Part shown: positions 18,247-28,000 of the stretch, one piece after another
Numbering within the stretch: the first letter of the stretch is position 1
How the letters are laid out: every line of letters begins with the position of its first letter
Sequence record: KX397371.1
Strand: one strand, 5' to 3'
Length of the DNA: 64,000 nt
Position numbers and translations under genes: made by a program
The notes under the pieces: model-generated
Told to the model about the DNA's origin: nothing
What the model saw: the letters and a program-made list of their open reading frames with translations, nothing else
Database searches by the model: none

Positions 18247-18636
18247 CTACTGTGGACCAGAGCAACCAGAGCAACCGGTGCAGCTGGAAGAACACGACCC
18301 GGCGCAACCACCGCCACACTTACCACTGCACGAAGACGCACAGGTACCTGAGCAACCTGAACAACCCGAACACCCACCGCCGCAGTTAGAAGAACAGCTA
18401 CCCACGCACGTAGAAGTACAAGTCCCTGCGCAGCTGGTACAGCTTGCAGAACACCCGTTAGAACACGACCAGCTACAACTACCGCCACAATCCAGACGGG
18501 AGGGAGACCACCCACTGAACGAGTCCGCAGCGTTGTAAGCTTTCGATGCTACCTGCCCGTCTACACGAGGCCCGGTAGCATAGTTTGCTTCCACATTGTT
18601 AACGCGGTCGCGTATGTTTTTCATTGAAATCGCCAT
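18247..18636 (-). CDS. Cys-rich precursor peptide P1 (21 Cys, CxxxC repeat)
   Basis: Leader MAISMKNIRDRVNNVE, core starting DCGGSCSWSC, SD aagga. Confidence 0.85.
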   Translation of the reverse strand: MAISMKNIRDRVNNVEANYATGPRVDGQVASKAYNAADSFSGWSPSRLDCGGSCSWSCSNGCSASCTSCAGTCTSTCVGSCSSNCGGGCSGCSGCSGTCASSCSGKCGGGCAGSCSSSCTGCSGCSGPQ

Positions 18637-18652
18637 ACGTTTCCTTTGTCAA

Positions 18653-18690
18653 TAAAAAAATGAGGACGCTGCCATAATGACAGCACCTCA
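18653..18690 (-). terminator. Intrinsic terminator between the 401-aa fibre gene and P1
   Basis: Minus strand tgaggtgctgtca-tta-tggcagcgtcctca (GU pairs, one bulge) followed by ttttttta. Confidence 0.7.
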
Positions 18691-18701
18691 TGTATTAAGT
18701 G

Positions 18702-19901
18702 TTATCGTGAACCCGCCTCGGCCTGTACGTCGTCGCGAGAAGTCAGGCTGCTGTTGACGTGTACTGCCGCCTGAACCACACCGCCGTACTGCTTGTGGAG
18801 ATAGTTCGGGTGTGGGTTATCTGCGTTAACGTGGTTCTGGAGATTCTGCGACAGGGTGTTAATGGAGTTCTGCAATCCAGCAACTTGCTGTTTCAGTGCA
18901 TTCAGCTGACCAGAGAGATCCTGAATCTGCTGCTGCGTATCGGAACCGGCGGATTCCAAATCACTGATGCGCTGCTTGAGCCCATTGATGACTTGGTTCT
19001 GGTCATTGATCATCTTCTGGAGTTGTAACACCAGAGAGTTCAGGTCGGCCTGTTGTAACGCCGCCTTTTGGTAGTTCAATGCCACCGAATTCAGTTGGTC
19101 ATTCCACGAACCGAGTGCACTGACCACCGCATCGATACGCGCACCGAGTGCTGTGTCCGCTGCTTTCAAATTACCGATGTCAGCGAGGACAGCGTTAATG
19201 GCAGTCTGAACCGTTTGAATCAGCGCGCGAATTTCGGTTTCAGTGAGACCGTTCGCCTGATGAATATCCAGTGCGTGAACATTACCTTTGGCATCGATGT
19301 GCGATTGTAGCGCCGCCATCATCTGGGTTTGCATGTCAGACATGGCTGCCAGAATCTGCTGGAGCTGAACTTCGTTACCGGAGTTAATCGCATCGGTCAT
19401 CAACGCGAGTTGCGTAATGATGTATTCGAAACCAAACAGGTCGCCGAGGTCTTTAAAGGCCGGAGCCGCTGCAAAGGTATCCGGGACATTACGCAGGTCA
19501 GCGAAGTCAACTTTGCGGTCTTCAAGGTTGGCATCAGCCAACGCCTGTTTAATCGCAGAGATAACCGCCGACTGTGGACCACCGACGACCTGTGCAAGAC
19601 AGACGATATCGGTTGGGATAGCCGGGTTAGTGACGACCACACCCATACAGATTTCGCGGTTCTTAGCAAGCTTCATGTACGCCGGATGGATGTAAATCAG
19701 CTCGTAGTCGGTACCGCGTTTATAAATGGTGTTGGGTTGATTGGCAGGCCGCATACGGAACGTGTCCGCATAGAACGGCCCTGCTGGGAAAGCGAACGCA
19801 CGGTTGACCTTCCCCCCACCTAACACAACCGGGACATTGACCGCGTTACTGGACGCAGCCCCTGTCAGGTCAAGTGGGTATTGAAATAGAATATCTGGCA
19901 T
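18702..19901 (-). CDS. Short tail-fibre-like virion protein with long coiled coil
   Basis: ATG at 19901 with SD gggag. N-domain YPLDLTG..GPFY..RGTDYEL is shared with the three large fibre genes. Heptad-rich Q/L region with RISDLE, then HVNADNPHPNY fibre motif. Confidence 0.7.
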   Translation of the reverse strand: MPDILFQYPLDLTGAASSNAVNVPVVLGGGKVNRAFAFPAGPFYADTFRMRPANQPNTIYKRGTDYELIYIHPAYMKLAKNREICMGVVVTNPAIPTDIVCLAQVVGGPQSAVISAIKQALADANLEDRKVDFADLRNVPDTFAAAPAFKDLGDLFGFEYIITQLALMTDAINSGNEVQLQQILAAMSDMQTQMMAALQSHIDAKGNVHALDIHQANGLTETEIRALIQTVQTAINAVLADIGNLKAADTALGARIDAVVSALGSWNDQLNSVALNYQKAALQQADLNSLVLQLQKMINDQNQVINGLKQRISDLESAGSDTQQQIQDLSGQLNALKQQVAGLQNSINTLSQNLQNHVNADNPHPNYLHKQYGGVVQAAVHVNSSLTSRDDVQAEAGSR

Positions 19902-19948
19902 GGCCAAACTCCCTTAGTGAGACGTCCTTGTCTCGACGTGTTAGATGG

Positions 19949-22900
19949 TTACGGCAACTTAGGCATAAGATTGACCGTCAGTTTTGACGGGGTGACCGTT
20001 CCGCCGTAATAGTTGACCCCGTTGCCGATGTACAACGCGTTGTCGGCAATAAGCATGGGAATCGGTTGGCGGAAGATGACATCTCCATGAACAATCGGGA
20101 AATAATCATCGATGGAAACACCTGCTGGCATGGCGACTTTATAAACATCAAGTACGCCACCAGTGATGCGCCCCGCTGCGCCCTGTACGTTCGTTGTGGC
20201 ACGAATGGCCACGGTAGCAGCATCGGAGATATAGAACACCGTCGCTGTGCCGTTATCCACGTTAGAGACACTAAACGCAGCGAACGCGGTGGCTTGACCC
20301 CCGGTGATACCATTAAACACGAATGTGTTTTTGACCCCCACCTCGGCAGCAAGTGTGGCCTCAGCCAGCGTAGAAGAAAACGTTGCAGAAACATCGAGGT
20401 TGGCGTTGGTACATCCGATGGTGCCGGAGCCCAAAGAGTAACCGCTTGTCAATTTGATTTTCACCGTCGGGGTCGACGGGGTAATCTCCACAATCATTTT
20501 CCACGCAATCGAGATGACAGCCGACATCCCCGGAATACCCACCAAATACCCATTATCTACATCAGAAGCCTGACCAAAGTTGGCACCCTTCATCGTGAAC
20601 TTCTTGTAGTCTTTAGGTAAGGTGCTCGCCACCACATCCCGCAGTAACTCGATGGGAACCTTGTGGTTTTGTGACGCGAAGACCGGGCCGATTTGCGACA
20701 CATCCAGATACCCATCGCCGGTAGCCGCCGGAGCAGAAAGGGGTTGCTTACGCAATAGCCCCAGTCGAGAAAGGCGCGCTTCACTGTCCACATTCACATC
20801 GTGGCTGTAGACCGTGTCGGTGTGTTCCGTCAACTGTTTCAATTCACCCAAGCGTTTCACTTTCGTGAACTCAGACGACAAGATACGCTGACTGTCGGTG
20901 ACTACCGTCCCGATAAACAACCGGGTATCTGTATCGGGCATTTTCTGCGTCAACAGCTGGTATTCCGGTTTGCCGTTCACCACCGCAGCATGCATGTAGA
21001 ACGTACGGTTTTGGTACGCACCGGGGAACAACGTTTTGATGTTCCCGTTATACGCATCCAACGTGTAATAGTCGGAGCCAAAGCGTAAGCTCTCAGACTC
21101 GGTGATGTACAGCTCCCACCCTTCTGCGGTTTTTACCCCAGCAACGATTGCAACATTCCCCGCAGGGGTGTAGTTTGTCACCCCTGCCGCAACAAAGTCG
21201 TTCGGTGGTGCGCTTGGGCCTGCGAAATAAGAAGGTGAAATCACCTGCCCGTTTGACCGCAGCATTCGCTCCCCAACAAACGAAAGGATGGTAGCATAGT
21301 TGTAAAACGTGCTGCCGTGCACCCCCGCCTTCGTCGCCGACAGCTTACCTCCGTTCAAACTGAAAATCAGCTCAAGGTGGTACGCCGCGGATGACCCCAC
21401 GACCTGTCGAATCATGAAGTTCGGCAAGTGCATGATGCCCGTTCCGTCACCTTTCTCGTAGAAGATTGGTTGGCCCATTCTGCTGCTGTGCCCAGAATAG
21501 TTGGTATTCTGAATGAGTTGCAGGTTGCTGTACGTCGCGATGTTGGTGTATACAACGTCAGCTGTGGTCGTGACCAGCTGAACAACCCCGTTCACGACGC
21601 TCGGGTAGATTTGGAACGTAACATTCCCTAACCGCTTATTGCCGTTATAGAGTGCGTAGTACGACATCTGTGCAATCCAAATCGGATTGGCATCAAGGGG
21701 TCGAATCGCCCACACGGAAAAGAGGAGGTTAATCGGGTTGGCAATGCTGTCCGCCACCTCACCTGCCGGTGCTGCCGCTTTTAAGGCCGCCGTTATCTTG
21801 TTCCATGTGTCGGAGGACAACGTAAGGGTATCGGCTTTTGGTACCGCACCCACGGCCTGGTACCGCTTCACACCGGGACCGTTCCAATACGCGCCGTTTA
21901 ACTTACCCGACTGGAGCGTGGATGTCGCACACCACGTCATGTCTGCCAAAGCGTAGTAATCGTCAACCGGGAAATTGCGGCGCACGTTACTCGGGCCTGC
22001 GCCCAAGTACGCGGGACCGTATGTTGTGTTTGGGTCTACCTCGACATACACCGCGCTGTTGGCGTTGGCGGGACTAAACAGATACGCATTATTGCCCAGA
22101 TACACCGGATGGGATTGACCGACAGAATACACCGAGCCAATACCGCCCGTGAACTGCCAGTTCGCCAGAGAGGTGTAACCGCTTTTGTGGTCTCCTGCGA
22201 TAAAGTCGTAGAAGTCCGCGTCCATTGTCGAGTGTGCTAACCCGTTGGGGAGGGTGTCCTGAGACTGATCGTAAATAGACCATGCGCGTTGGCCAACCCC
22301 TTGGAACACCCGCATGCGGTTATCAGCATTGCCGTACGGGAACCGAACTTTCCAGCCTGCCTCTTTGAGCTTTGTCCCAGTGGCGAGATACACATCGTCC
22401 GCATCGATTTTGAATGGGAAGATGTCTGCATTATCCAGCGAGACCGTCAACGTATCCATGTCAATCTGGAACGAGGTCGCCCAAGTGAAACGGCCATACG
22501 AGTCATCAGGGCTCAACAATAACAGGGTGCTCAAAATACCTACCCTGGTCATGTTCTCGCGCTGCGCTACCGCATACGTCGCGATGTTGTGTGCGATGTT
22601 GCGCAGGTTACCCCAGCGTACTTTACCGGCCTCGGTCACATAGGTGGTGCCCTGTGTCGCAGGGTCGGTCGCATCGGTGTCTGTGTTAGCGCGCAGCAAC
22701 ACTGAGATACCGTTGACGCTGTTCCCCCCTTTGAGAGCAGCAGGGGTGTAAACCATCTTGTCCCCACTGACTGACCCTACTAACGCATAGACACTGTACT
22801 GGGTATTGGTCAATTCCAGATGAAGAATGTAGACTTTCCCTTTATACACGATGGTTTGTTCGCGTGTCTGATCGCCGAGATAGCCGCTGACCGTGCCGTT

Positions 22901-24940
22901 CGCGTCGAACGAGGCAGGGAATTCACTCCGATACACCTGTTTGTGTTTGGTGTAGTTCAGTGTTCCTTCCAGCATGACTGTGTAGAAATATCCGTCGCTG
23001 CCTAAACAGACAAGCGCCGCATCGCCTGACGCAACCAGTGTGAGTAGCCGGACACCGGGATACTTACTCATTCCCGCTGGGTGGTATGGGAACGACGTCT
23101 GCTGCTCCCCTACAATTGACCCATCGTTGTTTACACGGGCATAGCCGTAGTAAATGCGATCAGTGTTCGGCAATCCGTCGTTTGCATTGCGTAACAGGTA
23201 AACGATGTCCCCTTCCTGCTTGACTGCCCCCAACCCTTTCCAGCTTAGCTGTTTCGCAAAACCGGCAAAATTCCCCACCGTTGGAATAGGCAGGAACCCA
23301 CTGTTACCGTACGAGGCACCCCCAGTCGTCCACGACGGCAACAGACCGTCCAACACGTCTTTGTACGTATTAAGGCGCTGTTGTACGTTATAGCCCTGCT
23401 TTGACGTCACCACTTTGTTCGTGGTGGTATCAATCGCATCCCACAGTTGCAACAGACCTGCGTCCGTATCAGACGCCGTTGGTACGCCCGTCAGGTCGGC
23501 AAACGTGTGCGTGTGGTTTTCCAGAGCCTTATTTGCCAATACCGCACGAATGGCGTTGGTCAACGGTTTCTCAGCAGGTGCGGTGTTGTTGATGTTACCC
23601 ACACCCAAATCGGCGGACGTTAAGGTAAGGGACTGTTTCGTACCGTCATCAATGAACTTCTTCCCGTTAATGGTGTACGTGTTGTCCACGTAATCATCCA
23701 GCGTCTTTTTCAGGACGTTAACAGCATACTGCGAAATCGCGGTACCCGAAGAAATATTTGCAGACAGGTTGGTGATAGCAAACAGCCCCGGTACTTTGTC
23801 AGTTGCCGTGGGCAGTTGCGCGTTCATGGTCAGTGGAGAAGACTGCTTCGCTGTACCGAATACCTTGATGGTGTCGGTTGGAGAAAAGTAAGCGTTCCCC
23901 GGTAAGAGTTTTACTTCGGACAGGTACAACGAGACCATGTCCGGTGTGACCAGATATGCACCGTTAAAGATGGGTGCCACTGCGCCGTTGAGCACATAAG
24001 CCGTGTTCAGCCCCGAACCCAACTCAACCCCCACACCCCGTTCGTTACTGTCCGCATCCGCAGTGATGTTGATAGCACGGGTGGTGGTAATAAGGAACTT
24101 ATCGCCTTGCAGGGTGATAACATGGCTCGAGTCGGCGGTACGGAATGTCAACGCACCGTTATTCAGCACCTTGAGGCGACCACGCAGTTCACCAAGCACC
24201 ACAGGCATCAGGGTATCGATGTGAGCTTGCTGTATGCCGTTTGCTTTCATGATAGCGACTAACTCATCCAGCGTTTTACCGAATGCCTTCGTCGAGTCTA
24301 CCGCTTTGGTCAGTACCTTTAACGCCCCAATCTCATCCGCAGTGTATTGGTGTGCGTTTTTGATACGATGGTGGCTGTACAGGTTGTCGTCGAAAATCTT
24401 TTTACCGTTGGCAAAAATCAAATCGGTGACCTCGGCGTACGCCACATCCATATCGCCTGCCCGCTTAATCAAACCTTGACGGATATCATCCAGCGCTTTC
24501 ACGACTTCATCGCGGAGCAGGGCTTCATCTAAGTTGGCAGGTGGGTCAATTGCAGGAACCACTGGTGCATAACGCATCAGTTCAGACCAGTCGGTGTTAC
24601 GCGGGTCTTTGATGTCCTCTTTCACCAAGAACTTGCCAATCTCGGTCTGTGGTACGCGGTATTCGCGACCAATCGAATAGATCGTGTAGTCAACAGAGGT
24701 GTCTCCGTTAATCAACATAATCCCGCCGTAGATTTGGTCTTTCATTGCGACAGCGGCTTCTTTATAATAGTAGCCGAGGTAGTAATCCAGACCCTCAATG
24801 AGCTTCACGCCTGCGCTGTTTTTCAGCTCAAGCCCGGTACGGAAGAACGGCCCCTCAGGAGGGATGACCACATTGTATTTGTTCGGATATGTGGTCGTCA
24901 GTAGCGTACCGGTAAATTTGGCTACGTTCGTGCTCGCCAT
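19949..24940 (-). CDS. Large tail-fibre-like virion protein (1663 aa)
   Basis: N-domain GPFF..L..GLDYYL, fibre-shaft motifs (DLGVGNINNTA, HTHTFADL, ASDTDAGLLQL), beta-rich C-terminal part. Confidence 0.7.
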   Translation of the reverse strand: MASTNVAKFTGTLLTTTYPNKYNVVIPPEGPFFRTGLELKNSAGVKLIEGLDYYLGYYYKEAAVAMKDQIYGGIMLINGDTSVDYTIYSIGREYRVPQTEIGKFLVKEDIKDPRNTDWSELMRYAPVVPAIDPPANLDEALLRDEVVKALDDIRQGLIKRAGDMDVAYAEVTDLIFANGKKIFDDNLYSHHRIKNAHQYTADEIGALKVLTKAVDSTKAFGKTLDELVAIMKANGIQQAHIDTLMPVVLGELRGRLKVLNNGALTFRTADSSHVITLQGDKFLITTTRAINITADADSNERGVGVELGSGLNTAYVLNGAVAPIFNGAYLVTPDMVSLYLSEVKLLPGNAYFSPTDTIKVFGTAKQSSPLTMNAQLPTATDKVPGLFAITNLSANISSGTAISQYAVNVLKKTLDDYVDNTYTINGKKFIDDGTKQSLTLTSADLGVGNINNTAPAEKPLTNAIRAVLANKALENHTHTFADLTGVPTASDTDAGLLQLWDAIDTTTNKVVTSKQGYNVQQRLNTYKDVLDGLLPSWTTGGASYGNSGFLPIPTVGNFAGFAKQLSWKGLGAVKQEGDIVYLLRNANDGLPNTDRIYYGYARVNNDGSIVGEQQTSFPYHPAGMSKYPGVRLLTLVASGDAALVCLGSDGYFYTVMLEGTLNYTKHKQVYRSEFPASFDANGTVSGYLGDQTREQTIVYKGKVYILHLELTNTQYSVYALVGSVSGDKMVYTPAALKGGNSVNGISVLLRANTDTDATDPATQGTTYVTEAGKVRWGNLRNIAHNIATYAVAQRENMTRVGILSTLLLLSPDDSYGRFTWATSFQIDMDTLTVSLDNADIFPFKIDADDVYLATGTKLKEAGWKVRFPYGNADNRMRVFQGVGQRAWSIYDQSQDTLPNGLAHSTMDADFYDFIAGDHKSGYTSLANWQFTGGIGSVYSVGQSHPVYLGNNAYLFSPANANSAVYVEVDPNTTYGPAYLGAGPSNVRRNFPVDDYYALADMTWCATSTLQSGKLNGAYWNGPGVKRYQAVGAVPKADTLTLSSDTWNKITAALKAAAPAGEVADSIANPINLLFSVWAIRPLDANPIWIAQMSYYALYNGNKRLGNVTFQIYPSVVNGVVQLVTTTADVVYTNIATYSNLQLIQNTNYSGHSSRMGQPIFYEKGDGTGIMHLPNFMIRQVVGSSAAYHLELIFSLNGGKLSATKAGVHGSTFYNYATILSFVGERMLRSNGQVISPSYFAGPSAPPNDFVAAGVTNYTPAGNVAIVAGVKTAEGWELYITESESLRFGSDYYTLDAYNGNIKTLFPGAYQNRTFYMHAAVVNGKPEYQLLTQKMPDTDTRLFIGTVVTDSQRILSSEFTKVKRLGELKQLTEHTDTVYSHDVNVDSEARLSRLGLLRKQPLSAPAATGDGYLDVSQIGPVFASQNHKVPIELLRDVVASTLPKDYKKFTMKGANFGQASDVDNGYLVGIPGMSAVISIAWKMIVEITPSTPTVKIKLTSGYSLGSGTIGCTNANLDVSATFSSTLAEATLAAEVGVKNTFVFNGITGGQATAFAAFSVSNVDNGTATVFYISDAATVAIRATTNVQGAAGRITGGVLDVYKVAMPAGVSIDDYFPIVHGDVIFRQPIPMLIADNALYIGNGVNYYGGTVTPSKLTVNLMPKLP

Positions 24941-24964
24941 GAAAAAACACTCCTACGTATTGAT

Positions 24965-25016
24965 AAAAGGTTACCGCCCTCTCGGGCGGTAGCTTGCGGG
25001 TATCACGCCCGCAAGC
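24965..25016 (-). terminator. Two abutting hairpins, probable terminator/RNA stabiliser
   Basis: taccgccc-tctc-gggcggta (24972-24991) directly next to gcttgcggg-tatcacg-cccgcaagc (24992-25016). Short acctttt tail on the minus strand. Confidence 0.55.
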
Positions 25017-25026
25017 GTGTACCCCT

Positions 25027-28000
25027 TTATACCCACTGACCGAAGTCAGTTCCATCTGTGGTGCGCTCAGCGTCCATCTTAGCCTGCAACGCATTCCACA
25101 GCCTCGTGGTCATGTGTAGCGGGTTTATCCTTTTCGCTGTATAGCGGTCAGCGACAAACCACATCGCATCCGCTACGGTATTTTCCGTTATCGTGGTGAG
25201 TAGTGTACCGCCCGCATCGTAGAGTTCGTACGTGAACTCCAGTTTCAACGGATCGGATGTGTACCCCGGAAGGTACGCCAGCTGAAGTTTCAAATCCCCA
25301 CGACGGGCCGGTACCGGAACGCCGAGTTCGCCGCCAAGGGATGAAGCGTAAGCCACATTTATCACCTGTCCACCAATGGCAAGCTGACGCACCGCATTGG
25401 CTTGTGTGCCTTTGACGATTTTCAGTTTGGCCACTTTGGAGGACTGCGGGAGATTGTACTCAACCAGCATGCCTGAGATAAGGAAGTTCGTGCCGTCAGA
25501 GCTGCCGGGTTTTCCGAACCAGTTGCCGTTCGTGACGACAGAGTGAACCGATTGGAGCAACGCATCCCGGTTAAACGCCAGCGGCAGGTAACCTGCATGT
25601 GACGCATGGAAGGAACGGCAGCCCATCGGGACTAACTGGTATTCGGTATACCGCACGTCAGGTACGAACACCCCCGCAGGCAACACCACGGTCGCATTCT
25701 TCACCGACGTGTTCGGCAGCACACCCGAATCGGCATACGACTCGAACAGCGAACGAAGGTACTGGTAGGTATCTTCAACAAACCCAATCCCGTCCAGCGG
25801 AGCCACAGACCCCAGAAGGCTACAGACACTCGTACCACCACCCAACGGTGGCAGTTCAAGTCCAACGAAGCCACCCATCAGTCCCCGGACATCAACATCG
25901 AACTGAATCTCCAGCTCATTAATGAGCAAAGAGCCATCGTCGTCGTTTGGATTGCCCGCGAAGTACACGCTGAACACCGACAGTTTCCGAAGCGTGACGT
26001 TGTACGAGTAACGCACCGCCAATCTCGGAGAGCCTGCTTTCAGTGTGGTCAAATCCATCACCCCCAAGACCGCTGACGCTTCATTCTTCCGAAGTGACGT
26101 CGTCTTGGAATACAGGACGTTGGATTCAAACGTTGGCAATGTCGTATTGACACCTGCATGGGTAGCGATAGCGTTAACGTAGCCGTAATCCGGTTCAGTC
26201 GCACCATCGAGTGGCACGCGCAGATAGCGGTTTCGGTAATCCGCAGGCACACTCCCAAGGGTTGGGCTGGCAAACAACAAGGCCGGTAACGGTTGTGCGA
26301 ACAGTCCGTTGGTCTGGTACTCTTCGTACACTAACCCACCTTGGAACGTCGGTGCCCCATTCGCCTTCGGGTTGGATGGGGTGAACCACCATTGCGGTGT
26401 TTGCTCCGTCGTCTCCAGCAGCATGTACGCTTTTTTCGTGGTGCTGTTGCGTGACATCTGCGCCAGTCCGTACACCGTCTCGGCTCCGGCAGTGACTTCA
26501 CCATAGAGGGCCGATGGTGAATTGAACCGCAGTTTACCAATCGGCAACATCGCCAGATTATCCGTCAGTGTCCAATCACGGGCCGCTGGGATATGTTGTT
26601 GCAAACTGGCTATATGGTCGGACGCCTCGTTGGAAATCCCGTAATCGCGCATCATCGGGAAACTGACGGTCGGGGTAGTGATGCCGCCCGCAGGGACATC
26701 AACCACACCAATCAAGGCGGTTTCCGGTGAAACCTCATTTGTCGGTTGCGGTTCAGCACGACTGTACATGGATTGGGTTACCATGTTCAGATACAGGAAG
26801 TGACGATTACCGAACGTTGGGGTCATGAACTCCCCAAGCTGGGTGATCGGCGTCCCGACGTCACTGCGGTAAATCGGCAGAGATTCGTCATAAACCTCAA
26901 AGGCCATCGCCGCAGCTTTCGTCGCGTCATTGCAGTCCGCACGAATCCCCAAGCAGGCAGATTGTTTTGCGGAGTCCACATCGACTTCCAAGAAGAACGG
27001 CGAGTTGCCCGTCCCCACTTCCTGACCATCCAGATAGACCGTCACCTTACCGCCCGCCACGATATACAGCCTCAGCGTTCCTGTGTACGATTTTAAGCGT
27101 AGTTTGGACAGCAGAGAGATAACGGACAGGTTACCCATCCCATTGGCACTCAAGCCGATAGGCGTCGCTTTTAAGGCGAAGTTGGGTTTGGAGGAAATGG
27201 CGGAGAAGTCAAAGTTCGCTGCGGTGTTCTTCACCGCAGGCGTCCAGTTACGCTCCATCGTGTTGTTCGGACTGAACCAGTTGAACATCGGGGTGGTTTC
27301 GAGGTTAATCGACCCACTTACCTTCCCCTCAGCCCGGTCATTCCCCCGCAGATAGAAATACTGGAGGTCTTTGACTTGAAGGATACGGCCAGATGCAACT
27401 GACCACGTTGAAGCGTCGATGATGGAGAAATCTGTTGACACTCCGGTTTTCACCGACTTCAACGCATCACTAATCGCATCCAAACGATCGCTCAAGCGCT
27501 TCATGACGTTCGGTGTCACGCCTTTACTGCCGGACAGACCATCGTCCAAATCGGTGTACCGTCCCAGACCCTCAGTGGCGTTCGTTGCCAGTGGCAAGTT
27601 TAAGGATGCAAATGTGTGCTTGTGTCCTTTATCACTCAACCCATCCATTGCGGTAGATTGGTCAGCAGAGACCGGTTTGTTGACGTCAGCAGTGTTATCT
27701 GCTTGGCTCAGACCAATATCTGACTTGGTCATCACACGCGCACCGTCGTCCATTGGTTTGGAGTTGAGCATGGTGGTTTTCGCCACATAGCCCGACGCCT
27801 TACCTTCATACGGCTGCAACGAGTCTGGGGTCGAAGCAACACCACTGACTTCGTCGCCCACACCCGACTTTAACACCGCGGTACCTTTTACGGTGGTGGT
27901 GGCAGACGGTAACGTCAGAGAGGCTTTAACCGGGTCGGCTTTCGAACCTTTACCGGTAACGGAAATACCACCACGTCCCTGAACGTAAATCTTCTGGTCG

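Noticed and set aside
17801-18538. Plus-strand ORFs with PEQPEH/QLE repeats and alternative minus-frame ORFs over the Cys-rich genes
   Set aside because: They are the antisense or shifted reading of Cys-Ser-Gly codon repeats and lack SD sites. The Cys frames have SDs and homologous leaders.
17845-18636. Repetitive DNA as a CRISPR array or tandem repeat
   Set aside because: There is no constant-length repeat-spacer pattern. Periodicity comes from the encoded CxxxC motif with synonymous variation.
17614-18636. Simple metallothionein call for the Cys-rich peptides
   Set aside because: Conserved 50-aa leaders, regular Cx3C spacing in Gly/Ser and adjacent rSAM/SPASM genes fit modification substrates better. 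Metal binding is not excluded.
18647-18652. TTGACA on the minus strand as a sigma70 -35 box for P1
   Set aside because: It lies only 10 nt from the ATG, leaving no room for a -10 box and leader.
18636-18704. Read-through or fusion of the 401-aa fibre with P1
   Set aside because: The stop and the P1 ATG are 68 nt apart (out of frame), with a terminator between and no obvious slippery site in use.
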